Of a stretch of 64,000 nt of DNA, positions 8,807-18,293 are shown in pieces; position 1 is the stretch's first letter, and every line of letters begins with the position of its first letter. The notes under the pieces are model-generated. The model did not search any database and was not told where the DNA came from. It saw only the letters and a list, made by a program, of their open reading frames with translations. Source of the DNA: Armatimonadota bacterium (GTDB taxonomy: Bacteria; Armatimonadota; Fimbriimonadia; Fimbriimonadales; GBS-DC). The translations under genes and the position numbers were made by a program. The stretch is from the NCBI GenBank assembly GCA_037444405.1, contig JBBIML010000007.1:59606-123605 (forward strand), written 5' to 3'.

Positions 8807-11295
8807 CGGCTCTCCACGCGGTGAACCGTCGCCCACACATGGCGATAAGCGTCCAGATTGCGCGGCTGCTTGCGTGCCTGCACGATGTCCAGATAGAGCG
8901 TGGCAATCTCGTAGGGGCGCATCTTCAGTTCCAGCTGGCTGCAGGGGCGAATATCCCCCGTCGGGGGCGATTCGGACACCGTGAGCGACTCGATGGGTTC
9001 ACCTAACAGGTTGGTGCGGATGGCGCGGGCAACCTCGCCAGCCACGCGCAGGCGCACGCGCGTCGCCTCGCCACTGAACTCCACCAGCCGCAGCACGATG
9101 GGAAACTCCATCCCGCGCCCGGCGTAATCGCTCAGGTTCATCCCTGCAAACCGCTCCGATTCGCGATAGAGCGCCGTCAGCAGCACATTGGGCGCGTCGC
9201 ACCAGACGCAGCCGAAGGATGGTGGCAAATCGCCCGATGGCGTCTCGCTTCGCGCTACCAGCACGGGGCGATTGAATTCCTGCGCCAGCCGCCACCGCTC
9301 AGCATGGGTCAGCGCGCGATGGGGCAATAGACGCACGCGAACCTCCAGCGTGTCCACGAAGTAATCTTCATCCCAGGGGTCATACAGGGTCAGGATGTGG
9401 CGCACGCGCTCGTCATCACGCAGGAACGCCTGGCTCCCGTCGTGCAGGTAGAGCAGTCCACGCTCGCCCGCGTCGAAATCGAGCAGTTGCAGCGCGGTGA
9501 AGGGGTTGCGCACCTCTTCAAACACCTGCGGGGAGGTCATCCAGTCGCCTGTGGGATACTTGCGCAGGTAGGTTCCTTCCGCCCGAATCGGGCTGACGCC
9601 GTAGGGATGGTCATGAATGAGTCGGTATTCGGGCAGATTGGGCGCGAGCGTGGTCATCAGCGCGTTCCTGATACCGCCGTCGGGGCGCGGCAGGTGTTGC
9701 GCCCGATAGCATAAATCGAGCGCGTCGCATTCGGGTGCGAGGCTCACCTCCATCTGGATGCGGGCGCCTGCCCTGCCGTTGCGCTCGATGAGAACCGTTT
9801 CGCCCTGCACGCGCACGGACGCTTCCTCAAAGCGCTCCATCTCGCCCTGGCGTATCATCTGCAGCGTGCCGAGCGGTTCATCGGGGCGCAGGATGCCTTC
9901 GGGGAACTCCGCGCTGAATAGCTGGGTGATGACGCCGCGAGCACGGTCGATGACCACCTGCAACGCGCCGCGCTGTAAGCGCACGGTAGTGCCCTCGGTT
10001 TCTATCTGCACGGGGCGGGGCGATTCAAAATCATCAGAGGGTTGCACCACACAATAGCCGAAGGGTGGCAGGGAGTGCAGCAGCCGGCGTTGCCCGGTAG
10101 CGGGATCGGTGATGCAGGCGTCGCGTTGCCAGCCGAGCGGGTTGTAGACCACGAGTCGCCCCACTTCGCCCGTTGCTCGTGTTGCAAGCAGGCGCATCGT
10201 GCGCTCAAGCACATGTCCGCTCAGCGCGAGGCTGCGCTCGTAGGAGCGTCGCCCGATGTGCCCGCACAGCCCTTCGCACTCATCGTTATCGTGGTGCTGG
10301 GCGGCAAGCAGTTCCCGCCACGCCTCCTCCAGTTCCCACACGGGATAGACATCCCAGTGCGCGTAGGGTCGCCCGAAAAGCCCCATCATTGCGCACAGTG
10401 TTTCGGCAGCGAGCAGCGACTGCTCCGCGCGACGGCTCAACCGCCGAAACAGGTCGCCGTTCTTGCCCAGGCTCAGTCCGTGAAACACATCATCCAGCGT
10501 GTAGCGGCGTGGCTGTGCCAGCTCGCGAGCCTGCTCCAGATATTCGGAGAGCGTCACGAAGCGCAGCTCAAACTCGGGTCGGCTCATCAGCGCGCGCAGG
10601 GGCGGTAGCATCAGCTCTGCGCGGCACATCCAGTCAGGCGAGGGCATCAGCTCCAGCCATTGCACGATGCACGGCATCGGCATCTGATGCAGCTCGGGGC
10701 TATCTAACAGCGCGGCGAAATCCTCGGGCCACTGGTGCAGATTGAGCTTATGGCGCGGCGCGGTCAGCAGGCGCGAGCCGTCCTGACCCTCCCAGTAGAT
10801 GGCGGGCACCTTCTCGACGGGCAGCGCGGGCGTGTGCCATGTCCACTGGAAGAAGAGGCAGGCATACTCGTAGCCCACACCCCGCAGAATCTGGGGCAGC
10901 TGCGGAAAGAAGTCGAACTCCTCTTCCCAGAAGGTGCGCGGGCGGATGCCGAGCAAGCGCATCACCGTCCGCACGCCGTACACACGCTGGCGAATGTTCG
11001 ACTCGCCCCCGTGAAACAGCCCATAGGGTTGACCGTATGATGCGCCCACCACCTCAATCTGCCCACGCTGAATGGCATCGCGCAGCTCGGCGAGCGCGTT
11101 GGGCGCCTCCGCTGCCATCCGCTCGTAGCCGACCGCATCGAAGTTGATGTTGCCCTTCGCGCCCGTTTCCGCGCAAAAACGCAACATATCGCGTACCGAG
11201 TCGGGCAGCACACCATAGCCCCACAGCCACTCCATATCGACCCAGTGCATATGGTTGCCGAAAGTGTAGAAGAGGGTCGTGCGGGTGTTAGCCAT
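8803..11295 (-). CDS. Glycoside hydrolase family 38-like (alpha-mannosidase-like) protein
   Basis: N-terminal H-x-x-x-x-D-x-x-W metal motif, WEGQDGSRL, LAAQHHD, VVYNPLGWQR and PYEIATL terminus. Confidence 0.75.
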   Translation of the reverse strand: MANTRTTLFYTFGNHMHWVDMEWLWGYGVLPDSVRDMLRFCAETGAKGNINFDAVGYERMAAEAPNALAELRDAIQRGQIEVVGASYGQPYGLFHGGESNIRQRVYGVRTVMRLLGIRPRTFWEEEFDFFPQLPQILRGVGYEYACLFFQWTWHTPALPVEKVPAIYWEGQDGSRLLTAPRHKLNLHQWPEDFAALLDSPELHQMPMPCIVQWLELMPSPDWMCRAELMLPPLRALMSRPEFELRFVTLSEYLEQARELAQPRRYTLDDVFHGLSLGKNGDLFRRLSRRAEQSLLAAETLCAMMGLFGRPYAHWDVYPVWELEEAWRELLAAQHHDNDECEGLCGHIGRRSYERSLALSGHVLERTMRLLATRATGEVGRLVVYNPLGWQRDACITDPATGQRRLLHSLPPFGYCVVQPSDDFESPRPVQIETEGTTVRLQRGALQVVIDRARGVITQLFSAEFPEGILRPDEPLGTLQMIRQGEMERFEEASVRVQGETVLIERNGRAGARIQMEVSLAPECDALDLCYRAQHLPRPDGGIRNALMTTLAPNLPEYRLIHDHPYGVSPIRAEGTYLRKYPTGDWMTSPQVFEEVRNPFTALQLLDFDAGERGLLYLHDGSQAFLRDDERVRHILTLYDPWDEDYFVDTLEVRVRLLPHRALTHAERWRLAQEFNRPVLVARSETPSGDLPPSFGCVWCDAPNVLLTALYRESERFAGMNLSDYAGRGMEFPIVLRLVEFSGEATRVRLRVAGEVARAIRTNLLGEPIESLTVSESPPTGDIRPCSQLELKMRPYEIATLYLDIVQARKQPRNLDAYRHVWATVHRVESR

Positions 11296-12790
11296 TGTTG
11301 TTCCCCCGTCCGTTCTCGGCAGTGGTCGGCTCTTCGGGCGGCAGCGGGATCGCCTGCACCAGTCGGATGCGGTGCCCTTCCACCGCATGCACGCGCAGTT
11401 GCCAGCCGTTGGCAATCACCACATCGCCCTCGCTTGGCTGATGCCCCAGCATGCCGAACACGAAGCCGCCGAGGGTGTCGAACTCTTCTGACTCCAGGCG
11501 CGTATTGAGCAGTTCGCTGGCGTCGTCGAGGTGCATGCGGGCATCGATGAGCAGCGAGCCGTCGGGCAGTGTTTGCACGGGTTCCTCTGGCTCCACATCG
11601 TACTCGTCCTGAATCTCGCCGACAATCTCCTCCACGAGGTCTTCAAGCGTTACCAGCCCTGCGGTGCCGCCGTACTCGTCCTGCACGATTGCCATATGGA
11701 CGCGCTGGCGGCGCAGCTCCTGCAACAGCTCCACCACACGCTTGCTTTCGGGCACGAAGTAGGGCGGGCGCATGATTTCGCGGATGGAGAACTTCGGCGG
11801 TGCGCCCTCGCACAGGCGCAGCAGGTCCTTCGCGTGCAGGATGCCCAGAATGTTGTCCACACTGCCCTCATACACGGGGATGCGCGAGTGCCCTGTCTTG
11901 CGAATGAGCGCAATCGCCTCCTGCGGGGTGGCGTCGGCAGGGATGCACTTCATATCGACGCGCGGGGTCATCACCTCGCGGGCGATCGTGTCGGTGAACT
12001 CGAAGATGGACTGGATCATCTCCTTCTCCTGCTCCTCGATCACGCCCTGCTCCTCGCCCGCTTCGACCAGCACGCGCAACTCTTCCTCGCTCACGACGGG
12101 CGCCAATCGCTGCGGCTGGATGCCGAACGGTCGCAAAATAAGGCGCGTGAGTGTGTTCACCAGCCACACAGGCGGCGCCAGCACCCGATCAATGAACACC
12201 ATCGGCGCCGCGATGGCGAGGGCGACCCGCTCCGGATAGGTCACCGCGATGCTTTTGGGCACAATCTCGCCCAGAATGATGTTCGCGAAGCCGGTGAGCA
12301 GTGTGACGATGATCACGCTCAATCCGTAGAGCAGGCGCGACTCGATGGAGGCTTCTAACGGTTTAAGTGCGTGATAGAGCGGCTCGGCGAGATTGGTCGC
12401 CGCCACGGCGGACGCCAGGAAGCCCAGCAGCGTCATCCCCACCTGCACGGTGGAGAGGAAGCGCGTTGGCTCGCTCTTGAGCGCGTTCAGATGCGCCGCC
12501 ATGCGATGCTTCTGCTCCATCAGCAGGCGCACATAGCTGTGGCGAATGGAGATGAGCGCGGTCTCCGCCAGCGCAAAGAAGGCGTTGCCCAGCAGCAGCA
12601 CCAGAATCAGCAGCAGGCTGGTGGTCGGGGTCAGCCCGCCCGCCGGAGGGGTTGCCCCACTCTCAACGGGCGATTGCCCATAAAAGAGCCAGATGAGCAG
12701 TCCTGCAAGCAGCGCGGTCAGCAGAAGGCGTTTCTGCCCCCTTCCCCGTGGGGAAGGTTCACGAACGGTTCGGACAGAACTGTCTTCCAT
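11288..12790 (-). CDS. Hemolysin/CNNM-CBS-CorC family membrane protein
   Basis: NAFFALAETAL, GEIVPKSIA, VMTPR, HSRIPVY, DEYGGTAGLVTLEDLVEEIVGEI. Confidence 0.93.
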   Translation of the reverse strand: MEDSSVRTVREPSPRGRGQKRLLLTALLAGLLIWLFYGQSPVESGATPPAGGLTPTTSLLLILVLLLGNAFFALAETALISIRHSYVRLLMEQKHRMAAHLNALKSEPTRFLSTVQVGMTLLGFLASAVAATNLAEPLYHALKPLEASIESRLLYGLSVIIVTLLTGFANIILGEIVPKSIAVTYPERVALAIAAPMVFIDRVLAPPVWLVNTLTRLILRPFGIQPQRLAPVVSEEELRVLVEAGEEQGVIEEQEKEMIQSIFEFTDTIAREVMTPRVDMKCIPADATPQEAIALIRKTGHSRIPVYEGSVDNILGILHAKDLLRLCEGAPPKFSIREIMRPPYFVPESKRVVELLQELRRQRVHMAIVQDEYGGTAGLVTLEDLVEEIVGEIQDEYDVEPEEPVQTLPDGSLLIDARMHLDDASELLNTRLESEEFDTLGGFVFGMLGHQPSEGDVVIANGWQLRVHAVEGHRIRLVQAIPLPPEEPTTAENGRGNNNG

Positions 12791-12807
12791 AGAGCGTCTC
12801 AACCTCC

Positions 12808-13623
12808 TCAGCGAGGCACGAGCCAGTAGATGAGGGCAGCCAGCCCGATGCCCAGCAGGCTGCCCATGACGACTTCCCGCAGGGTATGCACCTTCGCCTC
12901 CACACGGCTCTGGGCGACCAGCGTCGCCAGCAAGAGCGCCAGGATCGACGCCAGCAGGTTGCCCGACACGATAATAATTGCAATGGCGAAGAAGAAGCCG
13001 AGCGCGCTGTGCCCGCTCAGCACTCCGCCGTGAAACAGGCGCACCCGCCCCTGCGTGGATAGCACCTTCGCCAGCGACACAATCACAAAGATGAGGATTG
13101 TGCCGATGGTGACGGCGACGGTCATCGTCGGCTCTGCCCGCTCCATGCGCAGCCGGATCTGCTCCAGGCGCAGGTCGCCCATAAACAGCACCCATGCGAC
13201 CACAATCGCGTTCAGCGTGGCGACCAGCACCGCGCCCGCCGCGATGTCTTTGGCGAACTTCGCGCGCGGGTCATACTCCTGCGTTGCCAGATCAACGGTG
13301 GCTTCAATCGCGGAGTTGAACATCTCGGCAATCAGCACGATGGAGATGGTGAACAGCAGCACGAGCATCTCGCGCTTATCGAGGCGGAACAGGAAGCCCA
13401 TCAGCAGCACCAGCACCACGCTGAAGAAGTGGAACCGCATATGGCGCTGGGTGCGCACGACGGCGATGATGCCCTCCAGCGCGTAGCGGAAGCTATCCAG
13501 CGCATTCCGCCGCCACGGATGCTCGGTGGGAGCCGAATCGCTCAACTCTGAGCCGTCACTCGATGGCTCCGTCAGGTCGGATGGTTCCGGGCGTTCCACC
13601 GTTTCGCGTGGGTCATCTCTCAT
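12808..13623 (-). CDS. dgkA: Diacylglycerol/undecaprenol kinase fused to a PAP2-like domain
   Basis: SFRYALEG, EMFNSAIE and AKDIAAGAVL; C-terminal SGHS and SRVEAKVH. Confidence 0.88.
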   Translation of the reverse strand: MRDDPRETVERPEPSDLTEPSSDGSELSDSAPTEHPWRRNALDSFRYALEGIIAVVRTQRHMRFHFFSVVLVLLMGFLFRLDKREMLVLLFTISIVLIAEMFNSAIEATVDLATQEYDPRAKFAKDIAAGAVLVATLNAIVVAWVLFMGDLRLEQIRLRMERAEPTMTVAVTIGTILIFVIVSLAKVLSTQGRVRLFHGGVLSGHSALGFFFAIAIIIVSGNLLASILALLLATLVAQSRVEAKVHTLREVVMGSLLGIGLAALIYWLVPR

Positions 13624-14203
13624 AATGGCGTGAGTACCACTCCTCCCTTGCTGCGTAGCCCAGCTCGCGCAGGGTCTCGACGGCGAGGCAGTTCATTTGC
13701 GCACGCTGGGCGTCGGTCTCATCCTCATAGCCGAGCAGGTGAAGGGTTCCGTGCAGGCACAGCACCAGGATCTCGGTGATGAGGTCGTGCCCGTTCGGTT
13801 CCGCCTGTTGCGCCGCCTGCTGGATGGAAACCACCACCTCGCCCAGCAGAGGCGTTTCGGCGAACGGGTCCAGCAGAATGGGGTCGCCGTCCGTTATTAG
13901 CGGAAAGCTCAGCACATCGGTCGGCTGGGGCACGCCCCGATAGCGGGCGTTCAGCGCGGCAATCTGCTCGCTGGTGGTGAGCCAGACGCTGATCCCCCAG
14001 CGCGAGGGAGCGGGGCTGGCGGTAAGGGGTGGCAAACCTGTACGCGCCACCAGACGCTGAACCGCCTGCGGGATCGCCGCCGTCAGCAGGTGCTGAATCA
14101 GCGACTCTCGCTCGGCAGGCGATGGGAGCAGCTGGGCGAGATAACGGTCGGCATCCGGGTCGAGCCCCGCCGACACGCTTACCTCAGGGCAGATGGGCAA
14201 CAT
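13613..14203 (-). CDS. ybeY: rRNA maturation RNase YbeY
   Basis: LNARYRG, PTDVLSFP and HGTLHLLGY; third His appears replaced (YEDE). Confidence 0.88.
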   Translation of the reverse strand: MLPICPEVSVSAGLDPDADRYLAQLLPSPAERESLIQHLLTAAIPQAVQRLVARTGLPPLTASPAPSRWGISVWLTTSEQIAALNARYRGVPQPTDVLSFPLITDGDPILLDPFAETPLLGEVVVSIQQAAQQAEPNGHDLITEILVLCLHGTLHLLGYEDETDAQRAQMNCLAVETLRELGYAAREEWYSRHYER

Positions 14204-15704
14204 AGACAGGTTCACTCTCCGATCGAACGCCAGGATACTCCACGCGCCGATGGCGCAGGGCGACCAGCACGCGCACGAACGCCTCTTCAATCTGTTTTAG
14301 GTCGCGAAAAGTGAGCGTGCTTTCGTCCAGCTGCCCATCCTGGCGACGCATCTCGATGAGTTCATGCACATAGTTGGCGAGGCGGGCAGGGGTTGGGTTT
14401 TCCAGGCAGCGGGTGGCGGCTTCCACTGTGTCCGCCAGCATCACCAGCGCGGCTTCGCGCGTCTGCGGCTTGGGTCCGTCATACCGAAAATGTTGTTCCA
14501 GCACAGGGTCATGCCCTTCGCCGACCGCCTGGTGATAGAAATAGGTGATGAGTGAGGTGCCGTGATGCTGAGCGATAATGTCGCACACAGCGGTGGGCAG
14601 CCGATGCTGGCGTGCCAGCTCCAGCCCATCGCGCACATGGGAGGCGATGATGCGCGCCGAAAGCGCGGGGTTGATGCGCTCGTGCGTGTTGGGTCCCGTC
14701 TGGTTCTCGATATAGAAGTCGGGTCGGGTGAGCTTGCCGATGTCGTGATAGTAGCCGCCGACCCGCGCCAGCATTGGATCGGCGCCGATGGCTATCGCGG
14801 CTTCTTCCGCCAGCTGCCCCACATACTGGCTGTGGAAATAGGTGCCGGGCGCCTTATCGCGCAGCTCGCGCAGCAGCGGATGCTCCAGCGAGGCGAGTTC
14901 CATCAGTGCCATCGGGGTCGCCAGTCGGAACGGTCGCTCCAGCAGGGTCAGCCCCAGCCAGAAGAGCGCCATCGTGCCCGTGCCGCTCACAACGCCCCAG
15001 AACCCGCCGGCGCACGCCCGCAGCCACTCGCCATGCGCATGGAGTTGTGCCGCGAACGCGCCCGCCATCAGCAACGCGCTCAACAGCGTGCCGGTCAGCA
15101 GGAGGTCGGTGCGCCGTCGCAGCGAGGCAATCGCGAACATCACTGTCCAGCCAATCAGCCCCACGACGCCCACCGTCAGCACGGGCAGATTCAGCGCGAC
15201 GGCAACCCCGCCCAGCAGCACCGCAAAGACCAGCACCGCCAGCAGGGGATGAATCAGCACGCTGAGCATCATGCCGCCCGCAATCAGCGGCGCGAACGCC
15301 ACAAAGCCGCGCTCACTGCCCAGCCCCGGCGCGTTGCTTAACGCCGCCAGCACCCGCACACCCAGCAGGCTCAAAAAGCCGGTCAGCACCAGCAGGATCA
15401 GCCCCACTTCCCGCGCACTGGGCGCAATCGGCGAGCGCAGCGCCAGCCCCGAGGGCGCCATCAACCCCAGCTGACGAATCAGCATCATCAGCAGTGCCAC
15501 CTGCGCCGCAGCAATCGCCACACGCTGGAGCCACTGCTGCAGCAGCGCGGTGATCTCACCGTTCAGCACGGTCAGGGCGAGCAGGCTGAGGATGCCCATC
15601 AACAACGGCTCCCAGCGCAGCGCGGGCAGCCACCGCTTGCGGGGCACGGTTCGAACATCGCCGCGCCTGCGACCCTGCCTCAGAGCCGCCCAACCGATAC
15701 GCAT
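14184..15704 (-). CDS. 7TM-HD (HDIG) phosphohydrolase, PgpH/YqfF-like
   Basis: Multiple TM segments followed by APGTYFHS, YYHDIGK, QHHGT and LADTVEAA; synteny with ybeY-dgkA. Confidence 0.88.
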   Translation of the reverse strand: MRIGWAALRQGRRRGDVRTVPRKRWLPALRWEPLLMGILSLLALTVLNGEITALLQQWLQRVAIAAAQVALLMMLIRQLGLMAPSGLALRSPIAPSAREVGLILLVLTGFLSLLGVRVLAALSNAPGLGSERGFVAFAPLIAGGMMLSVLIHPLLAVLVFAVLLGGVAVALNLPVLTVGVVGLIGWTVMFAIASLRRRTDLLLTGTLLSALLMAGAFAAQLHAHGEWLRACAGGFWGVVSGTGTMALFWLGLTLLERPFRLATPMALMELASLEHPLLRELRDKAPGTYFHSQYVGQLAEEAAIAIGADPMLARVGGYYHDIGKLTRPDFYIENQTGPNTHERINPALSARIIASHVRDGLELARQHRLPTAVCDIIAQHHGTSLITYFYHQAVGEGHDPVLEQHFRYDGPKPQTREAALVMLADTVEAATRCLENPTPARLANYVHELIEMRRQDGQLDESTLTFRDLKQIEEAFVRVLVALRHRRVEYPGVRSESEPVYVAHLP

Positions 15705-15720
15705 AACTCTCCCAAACGCC

Positions 15721-15888
15721 TCACTTCTTCCGACGGCGCTGCTTCTGACGCCGCCGACGCTCGCTCGGCTTCTCGTAGTGGGCATGCCGCTTGTACTCCT
15801 GCAAAATCCCACTCTGCTCCAGCAACTTCTTAAAGCGCTTTAGCGCGCTGTCCAGCGACTCATTCGGACGAACCTGTATCTGTGCCAA
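15721..15888 (-). CDS. rpsU: 30S ribosomal protein bS21 (55 aa, TTG start; below ORF-track cutoff)
   Basis: Manual translation MAQIQVRPNESLDSALKRFKKLLEQSGILQEYKRHAHYEKPSERRRRQKQRRRKK; GGAGG RBS. Confidence 0.95.
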   Translation of the reverse strand: MAQIQVRPNESLDSALKRFKKLLEQSGILQEYKRHAHYEKPSERRRRQKQRRRKK

Positions 15889-16055
15889 TGCTATCGTGCC
15901 TCCTTCCTCGTTATCAGGATTATACCCTTCGATTCTCGATGAATCGCCTCCCTCCTGCCAATCGCCCCAGATTATATCGGTTTCCCGCGCGAAAAATCAA
16001 GTGGGTGGTTCGCCTGCAAGGAACCGCGCCCTTTGTGCCGAAAATACATATCACG

Positions 16056-16721
16056 ATGAACCTCGTGACTCTGGAGCAGGTGCGCAACGACCCGACCGTC
16101 CGCGCCTATATCCGGGCAGCCAATCAGGCGCTGTACGCGATGGGCTACACGGAACACGGCTTGCGCCACGCGGGTATCGTCGCCAACAACGCGCGACGCC
16201 TCTGCCTCAAGCTGGGCTACACCGAGCGCCAGGCGGAGCTGGCGGCGATCGCGGGCTTCCTGCACGATGTGGGCAATGTGATTGCCCGCGACAACCATGC
16301 GCAAATCGGTGGCGTGATCGCCTTCCATATCCTCACCCAGATGGGCATGCCCGCCGAAGAAATCGCCATCATCATCAGCGCGATTGGCAATCACGAGGAG
16401 ACATCCGGCTACCCCGTCAACTACGCCGCCGCCACCGTGATCTTAGCCGATAAGTCCGATGTCCACTTCTCGCGTGTGCAGAACCCGCACCGCGAGCAGT
16501 TCGACATCCACGATCGGGTCAACTTCGCCACCCAGCGCTCCCGCCTGCGCGTGCTACCCAAAGAGCGCATCATCGAACTCAATCTGGAGATCGACACGAC
16601 GGTCGCCAGCCTGATGGAATATTTCGAGATATTTCTGGAGCGAATGGTGATGTGCCGCCGCGCCGCCGAAGCCATCGATTGCCGATTCCATCTAACTGTT
16701 AACGGCTCCCCAATCGGTTAA
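16056..16721 (+). CDS. HD-domain phosphohydrolase
   Basis: GYTEHGLRH, LHDVGN, GNHEE and LADKSDV motifs. Confidence 0.85.
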   Translation: MNLVTLEQVRNDPTVRAYIRAANQALYAMGYTEHGLRHAGIVANNARRLCLKLGYTERQAELAAIAGFLHDVGNVIARDNHAQIGGVIAFHILTQMGMPAEEIAIIISAIGNHEETSGYPVNYAAATVILADKSDVHFSRVQNPHREQFDIHDRVNFATQRSRLRVLPKERIIELNLEIDTTVASLMEYFEIFLERMVMCRRAAEAIDCRFHLTVNGSPIG

Positions 16722-16816
16722 ACACCGAACAATCGGCGCCTTGTAGCGTCTACAGGCTACGGCAGGGACATCCTGTGCGGTTTGCAGGTGTTCCTGACTA
16801 TCGGAAGGAGGGATGT

Positions 16817-17329
16817 ATGATGCGCAAACTCTGGTGGATAGCTGTACTGACGCTGACAGGCGCTGCGGCACTGGCGCAGAACTGCACGGTTGAAGGCGCC
16901 TTCGGCGCTGGGGCAGCCAGGTCGGAGCATTCCGATCGCCCGAACGCCCGTTTCGGGCTGAATGTGATCCATGCAACCTGTGGGGATCGGGAGTTCCGCG
17001 CGGGTGCATTCTGCTTCGAAGCGCGGCTTGAGAACCGCCTGGTGGAGATCCGGATGGTTCGTCTGACCCAGCTGGCGGTTGATGCCGAGCATCGGGTGGC
17101 GGAGTTCGCCGGGCATGCGGTGATGACGGTTCGCACGCGCGAAGGCGTGCGCCATGTGCGCGGGCTGGTGCGCGTGCGGGTGCAGGACAACCGCCCGCGC
17201 GATAGCGATGAGGGCGACCCCGATACCATCGCGGTGGCGTTCTTTGTGCCCGATCGCAACGAACCGGTGTTCGCCTATCGGGGCGCACTGGTGCGTGGCG
17301 ACATCCTCGTGTTCCACCGCGAACGCTAA
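16817..17329 (+). CDS. Secreted hypothetical beta-rich protein
   Basis: GGAGG RBS, signal peptide ending in ALA-Q, followed by a terminator. Confidence 0.7.
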   Translation: MMRKLWWIAVLTLTGAAALAQNCTVEGAFGAGAARSEHSDRPNARFGLNVIHATCGDREFRAGAFCFEARLENRLVEIRMVRLTQLAVDAEHRVAEFAGHAVMTVRTREGVRHVRGLVRVRVQDNRPRDSDEGDPDTIAVAFFVPDRNEPVFAYRGALVRGDILVFHRER

Positions 17330-17344
17330 TCCCGATCCCCCTCA

Positions 17345-17387
17345 AATCGCCCCTTCCTGTATGCAGGAGGGGGCGATTAATTCTTTC
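17345..17387. terminator. Intrinsic terminator between convergent CDS and tRNA
   Basis: AATCGCCCCTTCCTG/CAGGAGGGGGCGATT stem with a T-rich tail. Confidence 0.7.
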
Positions 17388-17478
17388 TGGCGGAGGGGGA
17401 GGGATTCGAACCCCCGTCCCACACGAGGTGGGATGCGGTTTTCAAGACCGCCGCCTTCAACCACTCGGCCACCCCTCC
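17388..17478 (-). tRNA. tRNA-Ser(UGA)
   Basis: GGAGGGGUGGCCGAGUGG..., anticodon loop CUUGAAA, long variable arm, discriminator G plus CCA. Confidence 0.95.
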
Positions 17479-17498
17479 GCGCCTTTAATAATACCCGT

Positions 17499-18293
17499 TC
17501 AGGGCTTCGCCTCGGCGGTCAGGCTCTGTAAGTATTGTGCCACCACCGTTTCCGAATCGCCGTCGGCGCGCAGAATCCCTTTGTCCAGCCAGAGGGCGCG
17601 GGGCGCAATTTGGCGCACCGCCGCCATATCGTGCGACACGAACAGAATCGTGCGCCCCTGCTGCTGAAACTCGCGGATTTTGCGGTAGCATTTTTGCTGG
17701 AAGTGGGCGTCGCCCACCGCCAGCACCTCGTCCACCAGCAGGATGTCGGCGTCCACATGCGCTGCGACGGCGAAGCCCAGTCGCATCAGCATCCCCGACG
17801 AGTAGGTGCGCACCGGCGCGTCGATATACTCTTCCAGCTCGGCGAACTGGATAATCGCGTCGAGCCGCTCGCTAATCTGCCTGCGGCTCAGCCCCAGAAT
17901 GACGCCGTTGAAGTAGATGTTCTCCAGCCCGGTGAGGTCGGGATGGAAGCCCGCGCCCAGCTCCAGCAGGGGCGCCACGCGCCCGTTCACCTCCAGCGTG
18001 CCGCTGGTCGGGCGGTACACGCGCGCAATCAGTCCCAGTAGGGTGCTTTTGCCCGATCCGTTCTGCCCGATAACCGCGACGGTCTCGCCGCGATAAACCG
18101 TGAAGCAGATGGCGTTCAGCGCGACGATATGCTCCACCCGCCGGGGCAGGAACGAGAGCAGCAGCCCCTTGAGCGACGAGTAGGGCTGATGGGTCAGGCG
18201 GAACTCTTTGGTGAGCTGCTCGGCGCGGATGGCAACGGTCGCCATCGCAGGTGGTTCATTGACCGCCGCCGCCATAGCCTCCGCGTCCGCCAC
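17499..18293 (-). CDS. Polysaccharide ABC exporter ATP-binding subunit (Wzt/TagH-like)
   Basis: GQNGSGKST, LELGAGFHPDLTG, YSSGM and DEVLAVGD. Confidence 0.9.
   Translation of the reverse strand: MADAEAMAAAVNEPPAMATVAIRAEQLTKEFRLTHQPYSSLKGLLLSFLPRRVEHIVALNAICFTVYRGETVAVIGQNGSGKSTLLGLIARVYRPTSGTLEVNGRVAPLLELGAGFHPDLTGLENIYFNGVILGLSRRQISERLDAIIQFAELEEYIDAPVRTYSSGMLMRLGFAVAAHVDADILLVDEVLAVGDAHFQQKCYRKIREFQQQGRTILFVSHDMAAVRQIAPRALWLDKGILRADGDSETVVAQYLQSLTAEAKP

Noticed and set aside
17388..17478. Selenocysteine tRNA or tRNA-anchored prophage
   Set aside because: The anticodon is UGA (Ser), not UCA; no integrase or duplicated tRNA 3' end was seen.
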